From positions 2,728,001 through 2,792,000 of the forward strand of contig NC_092674.1 in assembly GCF_964355755.1 (NCBI RefSeq): a DNA stretch of 64,000 nt, read 5' to 3'. Source of the DNA: Antedon mediterranea. Taxonomy: Eukaryota > Animalia > Echinodermata. Each line of letters opens with the position of its first letter. The stretch's first letter is position 1. The notes under the pieces were generated by a model. The model was not told the origin of the DNA and did not search any database. It saw only the letters and a program-made list of their open reading frames with translations. A program made the position numbers and the translations under genes. Positions 1 through 12,688 of the stretch are shown in pieces.

Positions 1-197
1 CTAGAAAGTAGTAAGCCTTTTGTCAATTTTCCCCTGACTGAAAGTCTATCAATTCATATTTAGAAATAATTAATATGAAAAATCAGTGACCAGAATTATA
101 CTGTAGACTTGCAATGGTTTTGTGTTAAAAAGTGAATTAAACAGATTTTTAAATTTAACAATTCATTACTGCACATTTTTTTTCATGTTGGATTCAG

Positions 198-1993
198 GCA
201 CAGATGTCGTAATTGTAAAAGCCGGCAGACGAATATGTGGTTCCGGAGCCGCCCTGGGAAACGCACCAATAGTTCAAGATAAATCATACTTTGAGATTAA
301 AATACAATCAACAGGTAGGAATAATGAAACATGGAAACGTTGATTATTTTATGCTATACCCTACACCAATCTTGCTTGTATTTTTGTGTTCTATTTTATC
401 TGTTTTTTAACCAAAATTTAACCTTTTTAACTCATTTTTATGTGAATTTTTAACTTTAAAGAAACAAAAATAATTTAAAAAACAATGTACTGTATTATAT
501 TTTACTGTGTGTGACCATGAAAAAATGAAATGAGAAATTGAAATGTACTGGTATCAGGATGATAAAACACTTTAATTACTTACTCAGTATATTGCAGTGT
601 GAGTCATTATCATGCCTTTTGCAGGTGTTTGGGGTATTGGTCTCGCTACCAGGAAGTGCAATCTTAATTCTTTACCATTTGGTATGGATACAGAAAGTTG
701 GGTGCTGAGGTCAGACGGCTCGGCTTACCATAATGGCGAACTTAGACACAAACTTGCAGTTGAAATACAAGAGGGCGATATTATAGTGAGTTGTAAGAGG
801 ATTGGTGAATACTTCAGGTGGTGACAGGAAGGGTACTTATCATTACTGCCATAATAAAAGTCACACTACAAGAAATAACCCAAGTTACAGACAAAAAAAT
901 GTTATATAGAAATGAGTGATTTGTCTTTTAATTGATTTGATGTAATTTATATAAATTGTTGATTTGTATTAGTGATAGTTATGTTAGCTAAGTGTTTCTT
1001 TTATAATTTTATATTTTTAAAACACTTTTTAGGAGGAACTTACTAAAAAACAACTTAAGTTTCTGTTTTAGATCAAAGCGTATTGCTTATTAATGTATTC
1101 TTACAGAGAGCAATTTTTGGATGACATTTTTTGAAAATGTCTTTACATTTTTGATAAAATGTATATATGTATACAGTATCTATGTCTAATATTAATAATA
1201 TTGAAAATAATATCAAGTTTTTTTTGCATAAAGTGGAGTAATAACGGTTTGTTTTCAGGGTGTAACGTATGATCACGTTGAGATGAACCTGTATTGGAAT
1301 GGCAACTCATTACAGTGTCCATTTGATGGCATACGGGGAACAGTGTATCCACTTATATATGGTATAGTTTTTATAAATTCCATCTGTAACAAAATATACA
1401 GGGAATTGTATACATTTTCATCAAGGCAATCTAACAACAGGACACTGAGCTCGCCTTTCCAAGAGAGGAACTCGTAACAGTCCTTTGATCTTATGATTGG
1501 CTGCAACACATTTTCTATGTTATTCTCCAGGTTCTACTAACCAAACGTTTGAGGCGGAAGCCAATTGGAACTGATCATGTTGCAACCACACATAAAACCT
1601 TTGATCTAAAGATTGGTTCCAACTAGAACGTAACGCAAGGACGTAAACGCAACGCAAGCATTTTAACCAATGACAAGCGAAGTTTCAGACAGTTAGCAAT
1701 CACAAGGGAAAAAGCCATCGCTTGTGATTGGTCAATTCACTAGCGTTGCGTTGCTTAACAGAAGTCAGCATCCTGTTGTTAGATTGTCTTGCTTTCATAC
1801 TAACCCACTGTCTAATGTTGTATCGCACAGTTGTATATACAAATCCTCCGCTTATGTCATAGTACAGTACTATTGAATGCTATTTTTTCTTCTAGTGGAT
1901 GAAGGTGCAATAATTGATGTGCAGTTTAGTGAGTTTTATCATCAACCTCCAAATGGCTTTGACAAAATCATGTTTGAACAATCGTTGCTGTAA
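198..1993 (+). CDS. SPRYD7: SPRY domain-containing protein 7, last four coding exons (first exon lies upstream of the window)
   Basis: Exons 198-314, 625-785, 1259-1361 and 1896-1993, all with GT-AG junctions and compatible phases. They splice to GTDVVIVKAGRRICGSGAALGNAPIVQDKSYFEIKIQSTGVWGIGLATRKCNLN...GVTYDHVEMNLYWNG...GIRGTVYPLIYVDEGAIIDVQFSEFYHQPPNGFDKIMFEQSLL*, which closely matches vertebrate SPRYD7 as I recall it. Confidence 0.95.
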
Positions 1994-2913
1994 CACCATA
2001 TATAGAATATTTATATGTGAATACATTTATGTGTCAAGAGGAATGGTATATTCCGAAGTATTAAAGGATGGATTAATTGAAGAATTGATGAAATGGTTAA
2101 ACCTCCTAAGGCTGTGTTCACACTTGTCTTTTTAACCATGGATAAATAAATTGAAATTATTTATCCATAAGGTTGATTGCGAATAGCTTGATTTCGCGAG
2201 GAACGTCATCATTGCACAATGCATGATGTGAAGGGTTTGGGCGAAAATGTCAACGCATACGTACAAACAACAAATCTCATACGTACGTGTTGTTCGCTCC
2301 CAAACCCTTCCCATTATGAATTGCGCACGCTATTTAACGGCGTCGTTTTTTAAATGATGGAAAATCATGGAATTGAACGTCTCCATTTTTAATGTAGCTT
2401 GATTCTCAACATAATTATTGAAAGATCTGGTAAAGATAGTGAAGAATATGTTGCCAAGATGAATGGTGCAGTTATCCGCCAAGTACGGACTGACTTCAGA
2501 ATCTGTTAGGGCCGATTTTACTCCTGGTTATTGTACATTGGTGGTATTGGTTTTGTTTGCGAAATGCAATTTGTTTTTAAATCGGATAAAGGAATACATT
2601 ACAGAATACAAATGTAAATATGTACTGTATGTATATATTGTTATTAATTTTTGAACTACCAAAAACATGGTAATATATAATGTTGTATTATCAATTGTAT
2701 AATAATATACAGCTATAAAAAAATACAGTATGTTAAAGTGTTTTAAATTATGGAATGTGAAAATGATTTTTTTTTTAAAGTAAGTTTATCAATGAAGGTC
2801 TTCTCTGTGTTTAAATAAAAAGGACAAATACTATGGGGAGGTATTCATTTTATTCCTGGATGTGTGTGATAGGTCAACCTGTTTATAAACTATGTTTTGT
2901 GGATGGTTGACCT

Positions 2914-3189
2914 AATAATATTACCCGCACATTTAAATTAATGCTTGGTTCCCACTAGAGACGCAACGCAATAATATTACCCACACATTGAGTAATGCTT
3001 GGTTGTTCCCACTAGAGACGCAACGCAATAATATTACCCACACATTGAGTAATGCTTGGTTGTTCCCACTAGAGACGCAACGCAATAATATTACCCACAC
3101 ATTGAGTAATGCTTGGTTGTTCCCACTAGAGACGCAACGCAATAATATTACCCACACATTGAAATTAAAGCTTGGTTCCCACTAGAGAC
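2914..3189. repeat. 57-bp tandem repeat (about 4.5 copies) built from the terminal inverted repeat of MITE family C
   Basis: Unit AATGCTTGGTTGTTCCCACTAGAGACGCAACGCAATAATATTACCCACACATTGAGT contains GGTTCCCACTAG...ACGCAACGCAA, as in the element at 59946-60127. Confidence 0.9.
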
Positions 3190-3799
3190 ATAGGTTATAT
3201 AACTCTCGCGCTTTGTGTCTACGTCCCTATTGTATACCTCTAACCTTTGAACTTGTAGCTTTTTACTCTGATTAACAGCATTGGTAAAGCCACCGTGATT
3301 TGTTAGCTAGGATTTTCCTTTTATATATATTTTATATATATTTATCTTTTTTAACCAAGGACACGCATTTAAATTTTATCGACGTAAATTCGTTTAACAA
3401 TATTACTGTACTAGACTGTTGCAGGGTGCTAAAAGTATATAGTATAGAAAACGTCTAAAATGCACGCTTTTACTTTCAATAAATCGCCTTGGAAAACTAG
3501 ACCCATTACGATCTTGCGATGTTTTTAAAATGTTAAATATATTTCTTGTTTGAAGAATATCAATTGTACTGTATCTATTTTTTATTTTGGTGATTTTGAT
3601 TTTTTTCTTGTGTTTTCCATTGTTTCATTTGTACAGCTACCGTAATAAACAAGCGGGAAAGTTATTGATTTGTGATATTTTATCTTTTGTGGTTAACCAC
3701 CACCCATGGAGGTGTCCATGCACCACCTTTATTTATTCAGTCAAACTTTCAATCTGACTTTATATAATACATATATATATTTCCGTTTACTACCTTTTT

Positions 3800-4800
3800 T
3801 TAAATGGCCAAAATATCGACTTTTTAAAATTCAATTATTATGCAATAATAATGCCATATATGCATATATATTGCGTTATCATCATCTTATAGAGTCATAG
3901 GAACCATTTATGTCTAAAAATAAAAGGGTCGAAAATTGGCCATTTTTGGAAAAATTTCCCTGTACTATAGTACATTTTTAAACATTTTTATTTTTCGATA
4001 TAACTGGTTACTATAGCATAATTGATATGCGCAGAACCCATTATTCGACTCTGCGCATGTTTATTATGCTATAGTAACCATTTATATCTAACAATAATTT
4101 TCGACCATTTCATTTTTTGACATAACTGGTTATTATAGCATAATTGACATGCACAGAACCCATTATTCGACTCTGCGCATGTTTATTATGCGATAGTAAC
4201 CATTTATGTATGAAAATAAAAGGATCGAAAATTGGTCATTTTTCGAAAATTTCCCTGTACTATAGTACAGGGATTTTTTCCAAAAATGGCCAAATTTCGA
4301 CCTTTTTATTTTTCGATATAACTGGTTACAATAGCATAATTGACATGCGCAGAACCCATTATTCGACTCTGCGCATGTTTATTATGCGATAGTAACCATT
4401 TTATGTCTAAAATTAAAAGGGTCGAAATTTGGTCATTTTTCGAAAATTTCCCTGTACTATTCTATTAAAATTCAATTATTATGCAATAATATTGCCATAT
4501 ATGCCCATATATTACTTTATCATCATCTTATAGAGTCATAGGAACCAGTTAAGTAAAAAAATAAAAGGGTCAGAATTTGTTAATTTTTGCGAAAATTACC
4601 AAAATATTGGCTTTTTAAAATTCAATTATTATGCAATAATGTTGCCATATATGCACATATATTGCATTATCATCATCTTATAATCTTATCATCTTCTTAG
4701 GAACCAGTTATGTCAAAAAATAAAAGGGTCGAAATTTGGTCATTTTTCGAAAATTTGCCAAAATATCAACCTTTTAAAATATGCCGAGGTAACATGCGCA
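3800..4800. repeat. Complex direct/inverted repeat with three tandem ~80-bp hairpin units (probable transposon remnant)
   Basis: Unit GGTTACTATAGCATAA..ATGCGCAGA-loop-TCTGCGCAT..TTATGCTATAGTAACC at about 4006, 4127 and 4325. It is flanked by repeated AAAGGGTCGAAA.TTGG.CATTTTT blocks in both orientations. Confidence 0.8.
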
Positions 4801-5162
4801 GAACACATTACAGTATGTGATGCTGCGCATGCCAGTTTGTCTTTTTATTTTTATTGATTAAATTCAGTGCTGGGCTGTAATCACTAAAATGAAATAAATA
4901 AAGTATACAGTCCATGGTCCAAGCGATGGATTGTGTAAGTCGTGATCACTAAAATTCCAGAGGGAAGTACTGTAGTACTAGAGTTCTTTACAAATTAACA
5001 AAAACAAAACCCACAAAAAGATAAAGAAAAAGATGTATTTTAATTGTTATAAAATATGTACAATGCTTTTACAAAACGTAATAGCTTCATTACAACTCCA
5101 TTGATCAGTAGGACATGTGCATGTAAACAAACTTCCATTGAGAATCGCACAGAATTATCAGC

Positions 5163-5356
5163 AACACATGAACGTCATCCCGTACATGACCACGTGACCT
5201 GCAGAGAATCCTCACCAGTGTTTATTACGCAGACAGAATTGGGAATGCATTTTGCTTTATCGCCAACACACGTACGTCATCCCGTACATGACCACGTGAC
5301 CTGCAGAGAATCCTCACGAGCGTTTATTACGCAGACAGAATTGGGAATGCATTTTG
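5163..5356. repeat. 102-bp tandem duplication covering the PCID2 stop codon and proximal 3' UTR
   Basis: TTTATTACGCAGACAGAATTGGGAATGCATTTTG occurs at 5221 and 5323, each with the same preceding ~60 bp. Confidence 0.9.
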
Positions 5357-8300
5357 TTTACTAACAACAAGCTTTTTATGTTGGTGTGAAATATAACCCT
5401 TGATTCGACCCTGAAATATGAGGTTTGCAATAATACACTCGACCTCATCGCCATCAACATCGGACTCTCCCATCCATTTAAGAGCAGACACAAACGCATC
5501 AACGGGTAACTGATGCGTGTTCATAATAACCGACCTGTGAAAAAAAAAATCAAGTGAAAGTCAAAGAGCTTGTTCATAATAACCTATGTGTGAAAAAAAA
5601 ATGAAAGTCAAAGAGCTTTAAAATATGATATGAAGTTATTTAAAAAACTCTGTCTACACTATAAAACTAGTTTGACAAAAAAAAGTGTGAGGTGCTCAAA
5701 TAAGGTAGTTATATGCCCAAATATGGTAGTGATATATATATCATATACGGGCACATCACATTTTTTGTCACATAACGTTTGATGGTGTAGACAGGGCTTA
5801 GGATATGGAACATACACTTTTTTAAACAGGTTCCTGTATGTGATGATTTTGAGCTTCTCCAGAATAAGGTAAACACCACTCTTGATGAAGAAGTCCTCGT
5901 GTTTTTCCAATGTCTCGGTCAGTAGCTTTAGGTTGCCAACACGGACAGCTTTAGCAATGTCAATAAATGGAGTGAGGTCGTACTTGTGCAAGAGATTCGT
6001 TTTTGGCATTTGACCCTAATAAAAATTTAAGAAGTTCTTTTATATTGAGCTTATATCGATCTCATTTTTATTAAAATTGTAATTAAACATACTTTAAAGA
6101 CTAAAGTACCGTTGTTACAATTGAGCCAGGAATTGAACTCAGCTTTGACGAAGGAATTGAACAATTGAGTAATAATGGAAATTGAAAGAGCTAATGGTGC
6201 ATACCAGCAACATCTTTACAGGTAAAAGATATATCAGAATGAGGCGTTTATTGTGTCGACTTCCGTGGTGGCAATGCTGGAACGCAAAACTCAAATCATC
6301 CTCAGCTGAAAAACAGTAAAAAAGTATATTACATTATGAGGAATTGTTTTGAGTTTGTTTTCAATACCAAGATTCTGCATCAATTAATAACAACACTGTT
6401 CAGACCTCCTAACTTGGAAAAAATAAATATTGTATCAGGTTTTATGAAAATATAAAGGGTGCTATAATACTAAATCAAACCATACAGTGGACTGTGAAAA
6501 ACCTAAATATATTGGCATCATTAATGTCTCGGGTCACATTCTATGGTCACCGTACAGATAGGCTACTACATCAGTACTTCTATGAATGGATGACTAGTTG
6601 GTGACAAGAACGCTAGTTGGTCATACCCAGTACTGTTTCGATTTTTACGATCTTTCGGGAAACCACCTCACAATGGCGAAAAAGGTATTGTACTTAATAT
6701 TATACTCATTATTTAACTTATTAAACAATGCATAAATGGATTATAAACATCATATGGACTGATTTTAATATGTTTTCTATTGTCATCAATATCTAGAGTA
6801 GTAGAAATTATTAATTGGGAGGTTTTTGTTGTTTATCCAAAATATCGGGACACTCGCCATTGCCGGGATAGTTGGGAGGTCAGCTACTTACCACTCTTAA
6901 AGTCGCCCTCAAACATCGCTTTCCTTCCGACATAATACTTGTAGGTAACTCGTTGTGCGATGCTATATTTAGTTAGATGCGGTGAGCTGTTGATGGCGCG
7001 AATCAACGGTTTACAAAGGTGAAGTTTGTTAATCTGCAAAAAAAAAAAAAGCAATTGGAGGACCTATCAATATTTATCAATATCCATCAATATTTAATTT
7101 GGTATATTACTAAAGGTGAAGTTTGTTAATCTGCAAAAAAAAAAAAAAGAAGCAATTGGAGGACCTATCAATATCTATCAATATTTAATTTGGTATATTA
7201 CTAAAGGTGAAGTTTGTTAATCTGCAAAAAAACAAATAAAGCAATTGGAGGACCTATCAATATCTATTTTGGTATATTACTAAAGGTGAAGTTTGTTAAT
7301 CTGCAAAAAAAAAAAAAAGCAATTGGAGGACCTATCAATATTTATCAATATTCATCAATATATCCATCCATATCCATGGTATATTACTAAAGGTAAAGTT
7401 TGTTAATCTGCAAAAAAAAAAAAAAGAAGCAATTGGAGGACCTATCAATATCTATCAATATTTAATTTGGTATATTACTAAAGGTGAAGTTTGTTAATCT
7501 GCAAAAAAACAAAAAGCAATTGGAGGACCTATCAATATTTATCAATATCCATCAATATTTAATTTGGTATATTACTAAAGGTGAAGTTTGTTAATCTGCA
7601 AAAAAAAAAAAAGCAATTGGAGGACCTATCACTATTTATCAATATCTATTAATATTTATCAATATTTATCAATATCCATCAATATTTATTTTTGTATATT
7701 ACTACTCACATGATGTACATTAGACATTACATTAGACATTACAATGCTATTATGATGTATTCACATTAGATAATAAATATCACTGCTATTTAATTACCTT
7801 AAAGTAAATTTTAAACAGTTGGTTGACTAAATAAAGCATTCCTTGTTTTTTAGAGTCTTCCCAGGGAGGTCTCCTGAAAAAAAAAAAAAAAAAAAATTAT
7901 ATAATTATTCAATAAGCGTTCTGCGTAGTGCGGATAATAAATGCAAGTTACAATGAATGATTATGTATTTTACGTAACAACACGTTAACCTTACGTATCA
8001 CTAGCACATGTCCTAAAGCATTGCATAAGCGTCTCGGCCGCTTTCTCTAGCTTCTCTCCTGGTTTGCCTTTGCCCATCTTTTGCATTTGGCTATCAGCCT
8101 ACGTTACAAACAATAAAAACGGTTAGTGAATATTAGCTGGTAACAGTATTTTTTCTTAAGGCTCTGACTACACTGGCAAAATTGATTGATTGAAAGATAT
8201 ATTTATACTGGGTAACCTCTTCAGTCAAAGACTGGTCTCCCAGAGGGCCCAGTTGGTGATCAGTGGCTGTGATGTACTAATACACCGGGGTAACCCCCTA

Positions 8301-11300
8301 CTGAATTATGGTAGTAATGTGCCCAAATATGGTAGTGATATTTTTTTTTACATAAAGTTTACATAAAGTGTGGACAGAGCTTTAGTGTAGACAGAGCTTA
8401 ATATATTATATTTCTATAACAATGAAACTGTATCACTATACCACATATGTTATGGTCATACAAGAGAGTGGTAATACTTACAGCTGTAGCGTAGAGTCTC
8501 AGGTCCAATGTGATGGTATATAGAACTGGTAAAGCCCTAGAAAATAAAACACAATAATGTACAAATAATTCATATTTATGAGTTGAATGCAGATATTTAA
8601 TCTATTTATTCTCAAAAATAATATATTACATAATCAAATTACGTTTTGACAAGGTCAAATTTTCATTAAAAGAATGGAAAAGCCGAAATTGTAATACGAA
8701 TATAATTCATTCATTTTCCCAAAACCGAGCATGCAATAGTACATTCAATAGCATACAATAGTACATTTTATAGCATGTAATAGTACATTCCATAGCATGC
8801 AATAGTACATTCAATAGCATACAATAGTACATCCCATAGCATGCAATAGTATATTCAATAGCATACAATAGTACATTTAATAGCATGCAATAGTACATTC
8901 AATAGCATACAATAGTACATTCCATAGCATGCAATAGTACATTCAAAATATATTACCAGTTTTCTTCTTTATGAGTCTGTAGAGCTTTGTTAAATTCACT
9001 AGATTACAGAAATTAAGAAAAATTTAAATTTTTAAATTGTATTTACAACTGTATATAGTGCCATGAATTACTGAACAACATACAGAACAGTTACAATGCA
9101 TATAAAATGGAATCAGCTGATCAAGTGGGTGTGTATCAAGTTGTCATCAAGATTTTGTTTTAGCGTAGAACATTATTCTGAATTTAAATAAAAATAAATA
9201 AAATAAATTTGTGCTATTATAAAATAAATGTAATTCATACATACATGGATGCAACAGTTATTGAATAACATTATACATATTTGCTTTTGCATATTATAAA
9301 CTTCATATTTTATCTTATTACAGTTATATATTTTTTTTTTCTTTTTTAGTGCACCACTAGTAAAATATTTTTTGGCTTGTTTTGTGGTTGTCCGTGCTTA
9401 ATTTCTTCTCAGTTTTACAATGTTACAAATTTACCATATTGTGTGGTGCTTGAAATAAAATTAAAAGTAATCAATATACAATAGTACTGCAGCAGAGCTG
9501 TAAAAGGATACCTTACAAGAAGTGATTGGAATCCATAACAAGCCACCAGATCTTGGTTGTTTGAGCTCCAAATGCATCTAGCAAAGATAACAATATAGAT
9601 AATAATAATGATTAGATAGATTCACAAAATGTCTTAGTGATTTCATAAGACTACAGAAAATATTTTATATAACAATGTAAATATATATATTAATGAATAA
9701 ATGTGAATAAATTTGAGATAATATGGATAATAGATTAAAATTTAAGCAATTATATTGTGTCTGAATTGAAAGTTAATTCATTACTTTAAGTGAGCAGCAA
9801 CTATTTTATCATACGGTGGTTCCAAAATACTTTCACAGTGCGTTTCAGGATCATCGATGCGTAGATTTGGATTTAATATATGCGGATCACGATTGGACAA
9901 TAATTCCTGCAATGATTACAAAAACACATCAAAACATTTCATAGAAAACATTTTACATTATTTCAATTTCAATATTACAGTAATTATGTTGTTAAAAAAT
10001 CATTGTATGTATGTTTTGCTTTGTTGTATTGCTTATAGACATTTAATATAGAAAAAAATGTTGTATTTCTTATAATAATTTTATTAATAATTAATACTAC
10101 ATACCACCAATATGTCACTATCTTTGTACTGTATTGCTGAATCCACCTACAAAAACAAATTGGATACTTTCTTTAGCCAGTTTTAGTTCGATAATTTGGC
10201 TTATGTATTATGTCAATGCCTGCCTTAGTTAGCCTATCACTCAGAGGGCCTACACACTACCTATCAGTTACCACAGACAGAAGCATTATAGCCTAACTAG
10301 GAGTTAGTATTTCATTTCATTTATTTATTTCACTTTACAAATATATAAATATAAAGTGGAGGAGCCTAAAAGAAAGCAAAGCTTGTGGTGAATAGGCTCC
10401 TCAAAACAAAACAAATAAAATATAAATAATATAACACAATTAGAAACTCCAAAAAAACAACAATTAAACTAATATCTTTTCTCTAACACAAGTTTAACAT
10501 GTTTAGAACTAAAAAAACAAGTAAAAAATAGATTATATAAATTATTTAAGAAATATCAAATATATCAATAATAAAAGAATTTACAAAGAACCTTCAACCA
10601 ATAATAGTTTAAATTGACGTTTAAATAAAGCACAGTTATGAGATTTTTTAAGAGATAAAGGAAGAGAATTCCAGAGTTTAGGTCCAGTATATACAAGGGT
10701 ATTCATTTTAAGTCTAGTTCGAGTAAATGGCAGGTGATACTGATCTTTTTGTCTTGTTTGGTGAGTGTGGTATTGTTTATTTTGAGTGAATTTACTGGAT
10801 ATTATAGGTGGTAAGTGTCCGGCGGTTAATTGAAACATGATGACACCAACATTAAATCTATAGAGATCCTCAATTTTTAATATTTTATTTTTTTGAAAGA
10901 GATCTTGGGTGTGAGCACGAAAAGTTACCCCTGAGATAATTCTGACAGCTCGTTTCTGGATTAATAAAATTTTAGTAATAATTGATTATAATTATATTTA
11001 ATATTATAATAATTTCTTTCTTTTTCGAAATACATTACTACTAGGCCTAGTCTAGTTGGAGTAGAGAATATTATTATTATTTATTAGCCTACTACAAATA
11101 TCAGAGTAGTACTAGACTAGGCCCTGCAAAAACAGCGCAAGATAATGCTAGGCTCATCAGTCATTTTAAACCATGCTTTTGCCTAGTCCAGTACCCGACT
11201 CGACGCGATATTCTCCTATCTTCACATTTTAGTCCACCGCCGTCCATCTCATCTAGCTGGCCTAGAGTTTAGTCTAGCTGTATTTAAGGAAGTATTAAAA

Positions 11301-11441
11301 TGATTTGTATAATGTATATCGGGAAAATTTAACACCATATTCTCAGAAACTTTGCAGAAACACAAATAGAGTTAATGAAGGACAAAACGACTATTTTAAC
11401 ATTACCTTGCGGAGGTACGAATTCAGCGAGGTCTGCGCCAT
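5327..11441 (-). CDS. PCID2: PCI domain-containing protein 2 (TREX-2 subunit, Thp1/CSN12-like), 12 coding exons, 397 aa
   Basis: Exons (minus strand): 11441-11406, 10146-10105, 9906-9785, 9577-9512, 8998-8957, 8536-8482, 8098-7995, 7873-7798, 7033-6892, 6305-6205, 6015-5816, 5534-5327. They sum to 1194 nt in one open frame. Hallmark peptides are [66 protein letters not shown] and [20 protein letters not shown]. Confidence 0.96.
5646..5798. mobile_element. MITE family A copy in the last PCID2 intron
   Basis: CTCTGTCTACACTATAAAAC...GTTTGATGGTGTAGACAGGGCT. Confidence 0.8.
7016..7700. repeat. Tandem array (7 units, 79-107 bp) of the PCID2 intron 8 acceptor plus the first ~19 nt of exon 9
   Basis: AAAGGTGAAGTTTGTTAATCTGC-A(n)-GCAATTGGAGGACCTATCAATAT is repeated. 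Acceptor G positions are 7034 (the real one), 7131, 7222, 7301, 7408, 7499 and 7596. Confidence 0.92.
8160..8398. mobile_element. MITE family A copy interrupted by a SINE-like 3' fragment (about 8180-8300)
   Basis: Family A ends enclose TTGATTGATTGA...GGTAACCTCTTCAGTCAAAGACTGGTCTCCCAGAGGGCCCAG...TACACCGGGGTAACCCCCTACT, which resembles an inverted SINE tail. Confidence 0.6.
8729..8946. repeat. 22-bp minisatellite (AATAGTACATTCAATAGCATAC-like), about 10 copies
   Basis: Directly visible tandem repeat in a PCID2 intron. Confidence 0.9.
8999..9511 (-). other. U12-type (minor spliceosome) GT-AG intron, PCID2 intron 4
   Basis: 5' splice site GTATCCTTTT at 9511-9502. Branch-point-like TTTCTTAAT at 9020-9012, about 15 nt from the AG at 9000-8999. 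No long polypyrimidine tract. Confidence 0.85.
10309..10980 (-). mobile_element. 5'-truncated LINE (L2/Crack/CR1 group), 3' end in PCID2 intron 1
   Basis: Peptide [15 protein letters not shown]...[14 protein letters not shown]...[12 protein letters not shown]...[11 protein letters not shown]...FKRQFK is typical of the post-RT C-terminus of CR1/L2-group ORF2. It is followed by a short stem-loop (GGAGCCTA...TAGGCTCC) and an (AAAT)n/(GAAAT)n tail. Confidence 0.85.
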
Positions 11442-12010
11442 GTTTAAATTGCCATTTCTTAAATTGCATTATGGGAGGTCAAACTCTAATCATGCAAGCT
11501 CACATGTTTCATTAATTATTTCAATAATACATCAAGTAAACAAGAATTTAAACACAAAATACCCTCGCACTTAAATTTTCGAAAATATAAAATATTATTT
11601 GGATAAATAATTTTAAAAGCTCAAAATATGACCTGCCACGTCAAGTTTAGCTAGCCTTTTTATCTATTAGAGGCTTGTTTACACTCTAGAATATTATATT
11701 TATTAATACGCAATATTTTATGTTTAATGTTTAAGTATTGTTAGACTACTTTAATTATAAAATAAATTATTTTAAAATGTATTTTTTTCATAGTTATATT
11801 TCTTCCAGTTCATATATATAATTAAACATTAAATGTGTTTTGAAATATTGAACTATTTTTTGTTATGCGTGTTGATATGTAAATATAAATCGTGTTTCGG
11901 CCAGCTTTCTTTTCCGTCTTGTTCGTGAACTGAAACTGAAGGCTGTTACAAATAACAAGTTTTTTATTACATTTTTCTTTATAACATCGTGAATTACCAA
12001 CAAAATAAAT
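11442..12010. promoter_or_regulatory. Bidirectional promoter region between PCID2 and the SERP gene, with UPRE and TATA/pyrimidine initiator
   Basis: The two ATGs diverge 569 bp apart. GCCACGTCA (TGACGTGGC on the minus strand) at 11635-11643. TATAAAT at 11884 followed by CTTTCTTTTCCG at 11905-11916 on the SERP side. YY1-like AAACATGGCG over the PCID2 ATG. Confidence 0.65.

Positions 12011-12688
<678 letters not shown>

Noticed and set aside
2933-3185. Repetitive ORFs of 65-74 aa
   Set aside because: They are translations of the 57-bp MITE-derived tandem repeat.
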